Positions 16,436-25,338 of a DNA stretch of 50,122 bases are shown piece after piece (positions within the stretch are counted from its first letter, which is position 1; each line of letters opens with the position of its first letter). This stretch comes from Acidobacteriota bacterium. GTDB lineage: Bacteria; Acidobacteriota; Blastocatellia; Pyrinomonadales; Pyrinomonadaceae. A program made the translations under genes and the position numbers. The stretch spans positions 1 to 50,122 of the forward strand of contig JANPDZ010000466.1 of assembly GCA_031431735.1 (NCBI GenBank), in the 5' to 3' direction. The notes beneath the pieces were generated by a model. It worked only from the letters and a program-made list of their open reading frames with translations, did no database searches and had not been told where the DNA came from.

Positions 16436-16512
16436 AGTGCAAAGTGCATAGTGCAAAGTGCATAGTGCAATAGCCTTTTTAACTATGCACTTTGCACTAT
16501 GCACTTTGCACT
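16436..16512. repeat. GTGCAWA heptamer hairpin in the aguB-aguA spacer
   Basis: AGTGCAAAGTGCATAGTGCAAAGTGCATAGTGCAAT .. loop .. ACTATGCACTTTGCACTATGCACTTTGCACT. Confidence 0.8.
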
Positions 16513-17401
16513 AATCAATGAATCGTTTCTGCAAATCACCGTACTTCTCAATGCGGCGGTCGCGCAAAAATTGCCAGTTGCGGCGGACATCTTCCATCCG
16601 GGCACGGTCAATTTCGACCACTAAAACTTCTTCTTTATCATCGCTTGCCTGCGCGATGACGACGCCGAATGGATCGGCGACAAAGCTGTGTCCCCAAAAT
16701 TGGATTCCGTCCGTGCCTTCGTTAAAAATCTCGTGTCCGACGCGATTGACCGAGGCGACAAAAATTCCGTTGGCGATCGCGTGTGAACGCTGAATAGTCT
16801 GCCACGCGTCCTGCTGTGATGCGCCAACCTCTTCTTTTTCAAATGGATGCCAGCCAATCGCCGTCGGATAAAAAAGAATTTCCGCGCCGCGCAGTGCCGT
16901 TAATCTTGCGCCTTCGGGAAACCATTGATCCCAACAGATCAGCGTGCCGATCTTCGCCGTCGGCGTATCAAAAACCTTAAAGCCGAGATCGCCCGGCGTG
17001 AAATAAAATTTTTCGTAATACGAAGGATCGTCCGGGATGTGCATCTTTCGATAAATTCCGACAATTTCACCGTCTTCGCCGAGAACGGCAAGGCTGTTGT
17101 GATGCATTCCCATCGCCCGCCGTTCAAAAAGCGGCACGATGATCGTCACTTTTAATTCTTTAGCCACCGCGCCCAGAGTCATCGTTGACTTGCCGGGAAT
17201 CGTTTCCGCAAGGTTAAAAAGGTCAACGTCTTCACGCTGACAAAAATACTGCGACCGAAACATTTCCGGCAAACAAATAATTTTTGCGCCTTTCCCTGCG
17301 GCTTCGCGGACGAATTCGCCGGCGCGTTTGAGATTCTCGTCCACATCGGCGGACATCGCCATTTGCACCAAACCGATCGTGTATTTATCGTTTGTACTCA
17401 T
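16511..17401 (-). CDS. aguB: N-carbamoylputrescine amidase (CN-hydrolase)
   Basis: Nitrilase-superfamily blocks CLPEMF, YRKMHIP, LICWDQWFPE (catalytic Cys); adjacent to agmatine deiminase. Confidence 0.8.
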   Translation of the reverse strand: MSTNDKYTIGLVQMAMSADVDENLKRAGEFVREAAGKGAKIICLPEMFRSQYFCQREDVDLFNLAETIPGKSTMTLGAVAKELKVTIIVPLFERRAMGMHHNSLAVLGEDGEIVGIYRKMHIPDDPSYYEKFYFTPGDLGFKVFDTPTAKIGTLICWDQWFPEGARLTALRGAEILFYPTAIGWHPFEKEEVGASQQDAWQTIQRSHAIANGIFVASVNRVGHEIFNEGTDGIQFWGHSFVADPFGVVIAQASDDKEEVLVVEIDRARMEDVRRNWQFLRDRRIEKYGDLQKRFID

Positions 17402-17447
17402 ATTTTCAGGATACGAAAATTTACAATTTTGAGAAAGTTTTGCCGTT

Positions 17448-18578
17448 TCATTTTCCGATCAAGCGTTTGGCTTTATTGATCTCCGCTTCCAAAACCTTTT
17501 CGTCAGGCAAAACCATTTTATATTCTTTCGCCAAAATCTGATTCGGCAGGTTTTCCAATGTATAACGCGCCAGAGATTCGTTGTTTTGATCGCACAAGAT
17601 CAAACCAATCGGCGGATTTTCTCCTTCTTCGCGCCAATGATTGTCGGCATAACCCGTATAAAGAAGCATTTGCCCGATGTCGGCGTGCGTCAATTGGCCG
17701 AGTTTCAAATCAATTATCACCAAACACCGCAAACGCCGATTAAACAAAACCAGATCAACGCGAAACCATTCATCGCCGACGCGCAGACGCATCTGCCGCC
17801 CGACAAATGCAAAACCCGCGCCCATTTCAAGCAGAAAGCTCTGCAAATGTTTGATAATCGCTTCTTCAAGTTCGAGTTCGGAATATTCGTCCTTGAGATT
17901 CAAAAACTCCAAAACAAACGGGTCTTTGATCTCTTCGTCAGGTGAAACATAATCTTCAGGCAAAGCTTTTTCACCTTTTTTGAGCATTGCGGCTTTGTTT
18001 TTGGAAAGCAAAGTCCGCTCATAAAACCTTGAGTTTATTTGACGTTTGAGTTGGCGGACAGTCCAACCGCCGCGCAAGGTTTCATCTTCGTAAAACTTTC
18101 GTGCATTTTCGTTTTTACACGACAAAAGCAAAACGTAATCCGACCACGGAAGCGGAAAGTTTTTGGCAATTTCGGCAAGGTCAAAAGATTGTCCAGACGC
18201 TGTCTGGACTTTCTCAGATTCGGCAGACAGTGTCTGCCGAATCTCTTGAGATTTCGCAGACACTGTCTGCGAAATCTGCCAAGTTGAATAAAACAAACGC
18301 ATTTGTTCTAAATTGCGTTCTGAAAATCCGCGTCCAAATTTATCTGTTAAATCCTTTGAAAGTTTCTTTAAAAGCTCTTTTCCGTATTCAGCTCGTGCTT
18401 CGCCTTTCTGCTCGACTTCGACAATTCGCCGACCGATTTCCCAATAAGTCGCGGTCATAATCGCGTTGACCGAACGCGCTGTTAATTGGCGTGATTGTTC
18501 AAGTAATTCGACAAATTGCGACAAAATCGAATCGTAATTGTCTTGAGGTTTTACTATTTCAGCACTTTTCTTAGCCAT
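17448..18578 (-). CDS. DUF1016 / YhcG-family PDDEXK nuclease-domain protein
   Basis: N-terminal VNAIMTATYWEIGRRIVE..GEARAEYGKELLKKLSKDLT..FGRGFSERNLEQMRLFY and C-terminal VDLVLFNRRLRCLVIIDLKLG PDDEXK core. Confidence 0.7.
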   Translation of the reverse strand: MAKKSAEIVKPQDNYDSILSQFVELLEQSRQLTARSVNAIMTATYWEIGRRIVEVEQKGEARAEYGKELLKKLSKDLTDKFGRGFSERNLEQMRLFYSTWQISQTVSAKSQEIRQTLSAESEKVQTASGQSFDLAEIAKNFPLPWSDYVLLLSCKNENARKFYEDETLRGGWTVRQLKRQINSRFYERTLLSKNKAAMLKKGEKALPEDYVSPDEEIKDPFVLEFLNLKDEYSELELEEAIIKHLQSFLLEMGAGFAFVGRQMRLRVGDEWFRVDLVLFNRRLRCLVIIDLKLGQLTHADIGQMLLYTGYADNHWREEGENPPIGLILCDQNNESLARYTLENLPNQILAKEYKMVLPDEKVLEAEINKAKRLIGK

Positions 18579-18582
18579 AAAT

Positions 18583-19776
18583 TCAATTTCCTCTGACTTT
18601 CAAAAACTTGCGCTTGCCGACTTGGAGCAAAATTTCGTCTTTCAACTCGATTTCGGCGTTTGTGTTTGAAACCTTCTCGCTGTTCAATTTTACGCCGCCC
18701 TGTTCGATCAAGCGACGCGCTTCTTTTTTCGATGGCGCGAGATTGGTTTGGACAAGCAAATCGGCGAGATTATAATTGCCCGCCGAAACTTGCGTTTCTT
18801 CGATCTCGTCGGGAATTTCCTTTTTAACGAATCGCGCCACAAAATTTGCTTCCGCCAAGTTTGCCGCTCCTGTTGAGTGAAAATCTTTGATGATAAGTTT
18901 GGCTAAATTAACTTTCAAATTACGCGGATTTTCGCCGCTTGATTTCATTGCTTCGATTTGCGAAGGCGTAAAATCGGTCAAAAGATCGTAGTATTTCCAC
19001 ATCAGATCGTCGGAAATCGACATCACTTTGCCGAACATTTCAGTTGGCGGTTCGTCAATTCCGATGTAATTATTCAAGGATTTCGACATTTTGTTGACAC
19101 CGTCAAGGCCTTCGAGAAGCGGCGTGGTTATGATGACTTGCGGTGCTTGCGCGTATTCGCGCTGCAAGTTTCGCCCGACCATCAAGTTAAACTTTTGATC
19201 AGTTCCGCCGAGTTCGATGTCTGCTTCGAGCGCGACCGAATCGTAGCCTTGCGTCAGCGGATAAAGAAGTTCGTGCAAGGAAATCGGACGTTCTTCGCGC
19301 AGACGTTTTTCAAAATCGTCGCGTTCTAAGATTTGTTTGACCGTCACATGCGAGCAAAGTTTGACAAAATCAGCCGCCGAATATTTATCCATCCATTCGG
19401 AATTGAAACGAATTTCGGTTTTTTCGGGATCGAGAAGTTTGAAGATCTGCGTTTTATAAGTTTCGGCGTTGACGAGGATTTCTTCACGCGAGAGCGGCGG
19501 ACGAGTCGCATTTTTGCCCGACGGATCGCCGATCATTCCCGTAAAATCGCCGATCAGAAAGATCGCCGTATGTCCTAAGTCTTGAAAAGCGCGGAGTTTG
19601 CGGATAACGACCGTGTGTCCGATGTGAATGTCGGGCGCGGTCGGGTCAGCGCCGAGCTTAACGCGCAAAGGCTTGCCGGTCTTCGCCGAGCGTTCGAGTT
19701 TTTTGCGTAAATCTTCTTCGCGAATCACGTCAACCGCGCCTTTTTTGATAAATTCGATTTGTTCGTCTATTGTCAT
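18583..19776 (-). CDS. tyrS: tyrosine--tRNA ligase
   Basis: HIGH motif (PDIHIGHTV), KMSKS motif, C-terminal S4-like domain; start at [13 protein letters not shown]. Confidence 0.9.
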   Translation of the reverse strand: MTIDEQIEFIKKGAVDVIREEDLRKKLERSAKTGKPLRVKLGADPTAPDIHIGHTVVIRKLRAFQDLGHTAIFLIGDFTGMIGDPSGKNATRPPLSREEILVNAETYKTQIFKLLDPEKTEIRFNSEWMDKYSAADFVKLCSHVTVKQILERDDFEKRLREERPISLHELLYPLTQGYDSVALEADIELGGTDQKFNLMVGRNLQREYAQAPQVIITTPLLEGLDGVNKMSKSLNNYIGIDEPPTEMFGKVMSISDDLMWKYYDLLTDFTPSQIEAMKSSGENPRNLKVNLAKLIIKDFHSTGAANLAEANFVARFVKKEIPDEIEETQVSAGNYNLADLLVQTNLAPSKKEARRLIEQGGVKLNSEKVSNTNAEIELKDEILLQVGKRKFLKVRGN

Positions 19777-19840
19777 AGCTTTAATGTGTAAATGGATATT
19801 TTGCACGAACATTTTATTATTAACAATCTGTTTGGAAATA

Positions 19841-19920
19841 TTTGCCTGCGAAAAACACGAAATACACTAAAAGAATTTTTAAATAAATTTTCGTTTCTTT
19901 CGTGTCTTTCGTGGGCAAAA
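19841..19920. repeat. hairpin of TGCCYRCG / CACGAAA type
   Basis: TTTGCCTGCGAAAAACACGAAA versus TTTCGTGTCTTTCGTGGGCAAA, between divergent tyrS and proC. Confidence 0.65.
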
Positions 19921-19942
19921 CGTCTTATAAAATTCAGTGAGT

Positions 19943-20785
19943 ATGGAAAACAATTTAGCAAATACAAAACTCGCGTTCATCGGTTGCGGCGTGATGGCGG
20001 AGTCAATCATCGCCGGACTTTTGCGGAAAAAACTCGTTCGCGCCGGACAAATCGTCGCCAGTCATCCGCGTGAAAATCGGCGCAGGGAACTCGGCGAAAA
20101 ATATGGCATCGAAGTTTTTGAAGAAAACTCGGAAGCGGTTGAAAAGATTCGCAAAAACGAAAATTCAATCGTCATTTTATGCGTCAAACCGCAAAGAATT
20201 AAAGGCGTTTTGGAAGAATTGAAAGGCGCGGTCGCACTGCATCAACTTGTCGCCTCGATCATCGCGGGCGTGCGTATTGAAACGATTTCCGAAGCATTGA
20301 ATAATCAAAAAATCGTCCGCGCAATGCCGAACACGCCTTCGCAAATCGGCGCGGGAATTACGGCTTGGACTTGCACCGAAAGCGTTTCGGACGAAGAAAA
20401 ATCGCAAATCAAAGCCTTGTTGACCGCGCTCGGCAAAGAGCTTCACGTTGAAACCGAAAATATGATAGATATGGCGACTTCGCTTTCTGCCACGGGACCG
20501 ACGTATATTTTTCTCGTCATGGAAGCCTTAACGGACGCAGGCGTGCACCTCGGGTTTTCGCGTGAAATGGCAAAAGAACTCGTGCAGGAAACAATGCTCG
20601 GCTCCGTTTTGTTTGCGATGGAATCGCACAAACATCCGGCGGAACTCCGCAATATGGTCACCTCGCCCGGCGGAACTTCGGCGGACGCGATCTATCAAAT
20701 GGAAAAAGGCGGTCTTCGCACCGTTCTTTCAAAAGCCGTTTACGCCGCCTATCAACGTGCGGTTGCGCTCGGACAAAAGAAATAA
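19943..20785 (+). CDS. proC: pyrroline-5-carboxylate reductase
   Basis: N-terminal FIGCGVMAESII dinucleotide fold, MPNTPSQIG, SPGGTSADAI blocks. Confidence 0.85.
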   Translation: MENNLANTKLAFIGCGVMAESIIAGLLRKKLVRAGQIVASHPRENRRRELGEKYGIEVFEENSEAVEKIRKNENSIVILCVKPQRIKGVLEELKGAVALHQLVASIIAGVRIETISEALNNQKIVRAMPNTPSQIGAGITAWTCTESVSDEEKSQIKALLTALGKELHVETENMIDMATSLSATGPTYIFLVMEALTDAGVHLGFSREMAKELVQETMLGSVLFAMESHKHPAELRNMVTSPGGTSADAIYQMEKGGLRTVLSKAVYAAYQRAVALGQKK

Positions 20786-20787
20786 TT

Positions 20788-21095
20788 TTACAATTTCCGA
20801 TACATTATCAGCGCATTCGTCAAACCGTTTTCCTGATGCTGAAAGGCTTCGGGAATTTCGCCGATGATTTTAAAACCTACGCTCTGCCAAAGCCTGACGG
20901 CGACTGTGTTGGATTTGACGACGAAATTAAACTGCATCGCCTGATAGCCTAATTCCTTGGCTTCTTCCAAAGAAAATTCCGCCATTGTCCGTCCGACTTG
21001 TTTGCTTTTCTAATTTCCGGCATCTCTTTACTAATTTGAATTTCCAAACCATTCGATCAACATTTTCGTCGAAAATATAATTTCACAATCAAAAA
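20788..21095 (-). pseudogene. internally deleted GNAT remnant plus 3' tail of the SRA-like gene (degenerate copy of 24146-24745)
   Basis: 65-aa ORF shares 59 of 65 residues with the C-terminus of the GNAT at 24149..24688; the rest of the GNAT body is missing; 21000-21095 matches 24655-24745. Confidence 0.75.
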
Positions 21096-21279
21096 TTTAG
21101 AAACAAATTTACAAGTTTTCCCAGTTTTTGCGAGAAAAAAAACTTGGTAATCAGGCAAAGAAGGATTACAATAAATCAATTTCGGAAAAAAAGAAGCAGA
21201 CGGACTTGAGCTAATTTCACACTAATTTGCGAGTAGTATAGTTGGAGAGAAATTTTCAGTTCGGGAATTTTTATTATTG

Positions 21280-24129
21280 ATGGAGAAACTAATGAATAAA
21301 TATCGCTTAAATGTTGTCGCGGATTTGCAGCGGGTAATTTTTGTTATCGGATTATCGATAATCGCGCTTGCGGTTTTTTTCTACTTGCCAAAATCAGCCG
21401 AAATGCAGTCTGATTCCAAACTGTCGGAGCAAAATTTAGTGCTTGGCAGATTGGCGCATTCGCAGAAAACTTTGAGAGCACTTCCGTTTCCGCACGTCGC
21501 GTTTGAAGTTGTCCGCACCGCCGATTCGCAAGGTACGGGACAAATTACGTTGACGGGTTTCCCGCCATCGGCAAGCGAGCCGACGTGGTCGCCGGACGGG
21601 ACGAAGATTGCGTTTGTCGCTTTTAATGCGAGTTCGGATATTTATGTGATGAACGCCAACGGAAGCGGGCAGACTTTTTTGACCAATACGATGACGGCGA
21701 ATGAGCGAAATCCGTCTTGGTCGGTGAACGGAAAAATCGCTTACGAGCGCGACGGACAGATTTGGGTGATGAACGCGGACGGTACGAATCAAATTCAGTT
21801 TTCCGGCATTTCACAACCTTCGCCAACTTCTCCGGCGTGGTCGCCAAATGGAACGAAACTTGCTTTTTCGAGCGGCGGCGAAATTTGGGTGATAAACTCG
21901 GACGGCACGAACGAACAGCGCGTTACGATGAATGCGACGACGGATGCTGATCCGGCGTGGTCGCCCGACGGTTCAAAAATCGTTTTCGCCAAAGGTGGTT
22001 TGGGAATTGCCGTGATTAACTCCGACGGCACAAACGAGATGAATTTGACCAACGGAACGAATGACCAAAAACCGTCGTGGTCGCCCGATGGCACGACAAT
22101 CGCGTTTGTCAGATCCGGAGCCGGAATTTATATAATGGATGTGAACGGTGCAAATCAGGTCAGAATTATCGCCGATCAACCAGTCGGGATCGGTATAGAC
22201 GGCACTCGAAACAATGACCCCGAATGGCAGCCAATCGCGCAAACACCGAATACTTTTACAATTAGCGGACGAATTACACGCGAAGGTGCGAATTTGAGCG
22301 GCGCAATTGTTAATCTGAGCGGCTCGACAAATGCCGCAACGACGACTGACGCGGTTGGGAATTATCAATTTTCCAATCTCTCGACAGGCGGAAATTTTAC
22401 GATTTCGCCGTCGTTTGTGAATCACTTTTTCACGCCTGCGAACCGTATTTTTAATAATCTGAGCAGTAATCAAATCGCCGATTTTGCTGCCGTTGAAGTT
22501 TGCACGACGGCAAATTGCGTGAAGAACGGCAAGATTGCGTTCGCCCGAGGTTCGGGAATTTGGACAATGAGCACGGACGGCACGAATCAGACAAATATCA
22601 CCAACGGGACATCGCCGAATTATTCGCCCGACGGCTCAAACATCATTTTTTCAACCAACCGCGACGGCAATAACGAGATTTACAGAATGAACGTGGACGG
22701 AAGCAATCCGCTGCGTTTGACAAATAATACGGCATCGGAAACTTCGCCGAATTATTCGCCCGACGGTGCATCAATCGTTTTTGTCAGCAACCGCGACGGC
22801 AACGGTGAAATTTATAAAATGAACGCTGACGGCACAAATCAGGTTCGTTTGACGACAAATACAACTGCGGACGATGTTCCGACTTATTCGCCCGACGGCA
22901 GTAAGATTATTTTTGTCAGGAACGTCAGCACTGGGTTCAACGGCAATATTTGGACAATGAATTCGAACGGCACGAATCAACAGATACTGAACACCGCTGT
23001 GGGTTTTTATAATCGTCCGTCGTATTCGCCCGACGGCGCAAAAATTATTCTTGTCTATGATGGCGGGGTGGACATTACCGCACAGGACATTTGGACAATG
23101 AACGCCGACGGCACAAATCTTGTGCGGTTTCCGGTTGGTCGGTCGAGTCCGTCGTATTCGCCCGACGGCGCAAAAGTCGTCCACACCTGTTGTTTTAATA
23201 TCGATGCTGGGATGGACGGTATCCGGGTGAATGGGACAATTTTGACGCTCGGAGGGGGAGATACTTTACCCGATTGGCAGCCGATTCTCGCCCCGCGCCG
23301 TGTGCCGTTTGATTTTGACGGCGACGGACGCTCGGACATTTCGGTTTTCCGTCCGGCGGACAGAATTTGGTATTTGCTTCGTTCACAGGGAGGTTTTACT
23401 GCGCTTCAATGGGGACTTGCGACCGATACGCTCGTGCCTGCCGATTATGACGGCGATTTGAAAATCGACATCGCTGTTTGGCGCAGTTCGGACAGGAATT
23501 TTTATATTTTTAACAGTTTTAATAACACGGTGCGAATCGAAAATTTCGGTCTGTCGGGCGACGTTCCAACGGGCGGCGATTTTGACGGCGACGGCAAGGC
23601 GGACTTGGCGGTTTATCGCGGCGGAGCGCAAGGCATCTTTTATTATCGAGGTTCTTCAGGAAATCCAAACGGAAATATCACGATTATTCCCTGGGGAATT
23701 TCCGGCGATAAACCGGTCGCAGGCGATTTTGACGGCGACGGCAAAACGGACGCGGCGATTTTCCGACCGTCGAGCGGCGTTTGGTATGTCCGCCAAAGCA
23801 CGGACGGACAGCTCCTCGCAAATGCTTTCGGTTTGGCAAACGACACGCTCGTTCCGGCGGATTATGACGCGGACGGCAAAACCGATTTAGCGGTTTATCG
23901 CGACGGCATCTGGTATATTTTGCGCTCGCTTCAAGGTTTTACGGCGTTTCAATACGGACTTTCAAATGATGTGCCTGCGCCCGCCGATTACGACGGCGAC
24001 GGTCGCGCAGATGCGGCGGTTTATCGCAACGGTATTTGGTGGATTTTGAAAACGCAATCGGGAACGACGGAAGTTGTTTCGTTCGGTTTGGGCGGCGATA
24101 AGCCGATTCCGGCGGCGTATGTCAGGTAA
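21280..24129 (+). CDS. large secreted/anchored PD40 (TolB-like) beta-propeller plus FG-GAP/VCBS repeat protein
   Basis: N-terminal hydrophobic anchor; about a dozen WSPDG/YSPDG PD40 repeats; CarboxypepD_reg-like segment ISGRITREGANLSGAIVNLSG..GNYQFSNL; C-terminal DFDGDG..D..V(F/Y)R repeats. Confidence 0.8.
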   Translation: MEKLMNKYRLNVVADLQRVIFVIGLSIIALAVFFYLPKSAEMQSDSKLSEQNLVLGRLAHSQKTLRALPFPHVAFEVVRTADSQGTGQITLTGFPPSASEPTWSPDGTKIAFVAFNASSDIYVMNANGSGQTFLTNTMTANERNPSWSVNGKIAYERDGQIWVMNADGTNQIQFSGISQPSPTSPAWSPNGTKLAFSSGGEIWVINSDGTNEQRVTMNATTDADPAWSPDGSKIVFAKGGLGIAVINSDGTNEMNLTNGTNDQKPSWSPDGTTIAFVRSGAGIYIMDVNGANQVRIIADQPVGIGIDGTRNNDPEWQPIAQTPNTFTISGRITREGANLSGAIVNLSGSTNAATTTDAVGNYQFSNLSTGGNFTISPSFVNHFFTPANRIFNNLSSNQIADFAAVEVCTTANCVKNGKIAFARGSGIWTMSTDGTNQTNITNGTSPNYSPDGSNIIFSTNRDGNNEIYRMNVDGSNPLRLTNNTASETSPNYSPDGASIVFVSNRDGNGEIYKMNADGTNQVRLTTNTTADDVPTYSPDGSKIIFVRNVSTGFNGNIWTMNSNGTNQQILNTAVGFYNRPSYSPDGAKIILVYDGGVDITAQDIWTMNADGTNLVRFPVGRSSPSYSPDGAKVVHTCCFNIDAGMDGIRVNGTILTLGGGDTLPDWQPILAPRRVPFDFDGDGRSDISVFRPADRIWYLLRSQGGFTALQWGLATDTLVPADYDGDLKIDIAVWRSSDRNFYIFNSFNNTVRIENFGLSGDVPTGGDFDGDGKADLAVYRGGAQGIFYYRGSSGNPNGNITIIPWGISGDKPVAGDFDGDGKTDAAIFRPSSGVWYVRQSTDGQLLANAFGLANDTLVPADYDADGKTDLAVYRDGIWYILRSLQGFTAFQYGLSNDVPAPADYDGDGRADAAVYRNGIWWILKTQSGTTEVVSFGLGGDKPIPAAYVR

Positions 24130-24148
24130 GTGAATTATTAGATACTTT

Positions 24149-24688
24149 TCATAATTTCCGATACATAATCAGTGCGTTTGTCAGACCGTTTTCGGCGTGC
24201 TGAAATGCTTCGGGAATTTCGCCGATAATCTCAAAACCTAAGCTCTGCCATAATCGAACGGCGAACGTGTTCGATTTGACGACGAAATTAAACTGCATCG
24301 CACGATAGCCTAATTCCTTGGCTTCACGAAGCGAGAATTCCGCCATTGTCCGCCCGATGCCTTTGCCCATTGATTCCGCCGCAACCATATAACCCGCGTT
24401 GGCAATGTGCGAACCCAGATCGGGCTGATTGTCTTTGAGAAAAAATGTGCCGATGATTTTGGCGTTTGAGTTGATTGAGTTGGGCAAATTTAACCCGCCC
24501 GCTACCGCAGACGGTTCTGACAAAACGGCAACGTAAGTTTTTTTATCTTTAGAAAACCAGAAATCAAGCATTTTTTCTTGCGAGGTATTCGGATAAAAAG
24601 GGTATGTGTCGCCGCCAGCAATGACGGATTTGATAATTCCCCAGACCTGCGGTTTGTCGTCTTCGGTTGCTTTTCTAATTTCGAGCAT
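24149..24688 (-). CDS. GNAT-family N-acetyltransferase
   Basis: Acetyl-CoA loop MGKGIGRTM and GNAT C-terminal fold; contains extra LSEPSAVAGGLNLPNSINSN segment encoded by a repeat element. Confidence 0.75.
   Translation of the reverse strand: MLEIRKATEDDKPQVWGIIKSVIAGGDTYPFYPNTSQEKMLDFWFSKDKKTYVAVLSEPSAVAGGLNLPNSINSNAKIIGTFFLKDNQPDLGSHIANAGYMVAAESMGKGIGRTMAEFSLREAKELGYRAMQFNFVVKSNTFAVRLWQSLGFEIIGEIPEAFQHAENGLTNALIMYRKL
24490..24526. repeat. half copy of the palindromic element found in the helicase gene, in frame inside the GNAT CDS
   Basis: Reverse complement GTTTTGTCAGAACCGTCTGCGGTAGCGGGCGGGTTAA matches 41678-41714 GTTTTGTCAGAACCGCCTGCGGTAGCGGGTGGTTTAA. Confidence 0.7.
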
Positions 24689-25118
24689 CTCTTTGTAAAG
24701 TAAATTTCCAAATCATACGGTTTTGTGCTTCGTCGAAAATGTATTTTCCTTCCGCGACGCGCCAAAAACCTAAAAACTGCCACGCGCTCGTCTTTAGTTT
24801 GTTAAAAAGCGGCACAGCGCGACCTGATTCTATAGCATTAAACAACGATTTATTGAATGAATCAAGCCGTTGATCGCCGCGCCGACCCGCCCCCGTGTAA
24901 AAAATCGTTTCCGCCGTATCGCCGTGAAAATCGGGATAACACGGGTTGATTTTGCCGAAATCCGTCAGCAGCGAGATTAACATCCCTTTTCGCTGATAGA
25001 TACCGTTGCGCACTTTGTGAATTTCGGCGACCTCGTTCCACGAAAAATTTTTGCCGATGTCGTCGGTTGTAAAAAAACTACCGGTTATAGTTGTATTTTG
25101 TTCGTTTATACTTGACAC
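24675..25118 (-). CDS. hypothetical protein, possible SRA/YDG-like (PUA-fold) modified-base reader domain
   Basis: GIYQRKGMLISLL..DTAETIFYTGAGRRGDQRLDSFNKSL..AVPLF resembles the Y-T-G-x-G..(D)Q..N..L core of SRA/SBD domains; overlaps GNAT start by 14 nt; family call weak. Confidence 0.35.
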   Translation of the reverse strand: MSSINEQNTTITGSFFTTDDIGKNFSWNEVAEIHKVRNGIYQRKGMLISLLTDFGKINPCYPDFHGDTAETIFYTGAGRRGDQRLDSFNKSLFNAIESGRAVPLFNKLKTSAWQFLGFWRVAEGKYIFDEAQNRMIWKFTLQRDARN

Positions 25119-25338
25119 AAGTTTTCTCTATGATTAAACTCTTTTTACTTTTCATTTTATCTATGGAAATACTACCAGTTCTTTTCCTGCATTTCAGAAA
25201 AAATTGACCCCTTGTTTTTTCGTAAAAAGCGTCGAAAGTTTTTTTTTGCTCTGGTATTTTGTAATTTTATTCATAACGGCTTGATATTTTATCGGCAAAT
25301 ACAAATTTAAATTTAAGTCCCAAGGAGATTAAAAGAGC

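Noticed and set aside
16430-16504. Longer N-terminus for agmatine deiminase as given by the ORF track
   Set aside because: The extra 25 codons are the GTGCAWA repeat. The conserved family N-terminus (MPAEWE) follows the internal Met at 16429.
19777-19942. T-box or other leader upstream of tyrS, and riboswitches in other long leaders (25119-25338, 38605-38818)
   Set aside because: I found no conserved T-box or riboswitch core sequences. The tyrS-proximal structure is a member of the CACGAAA hairpin family.
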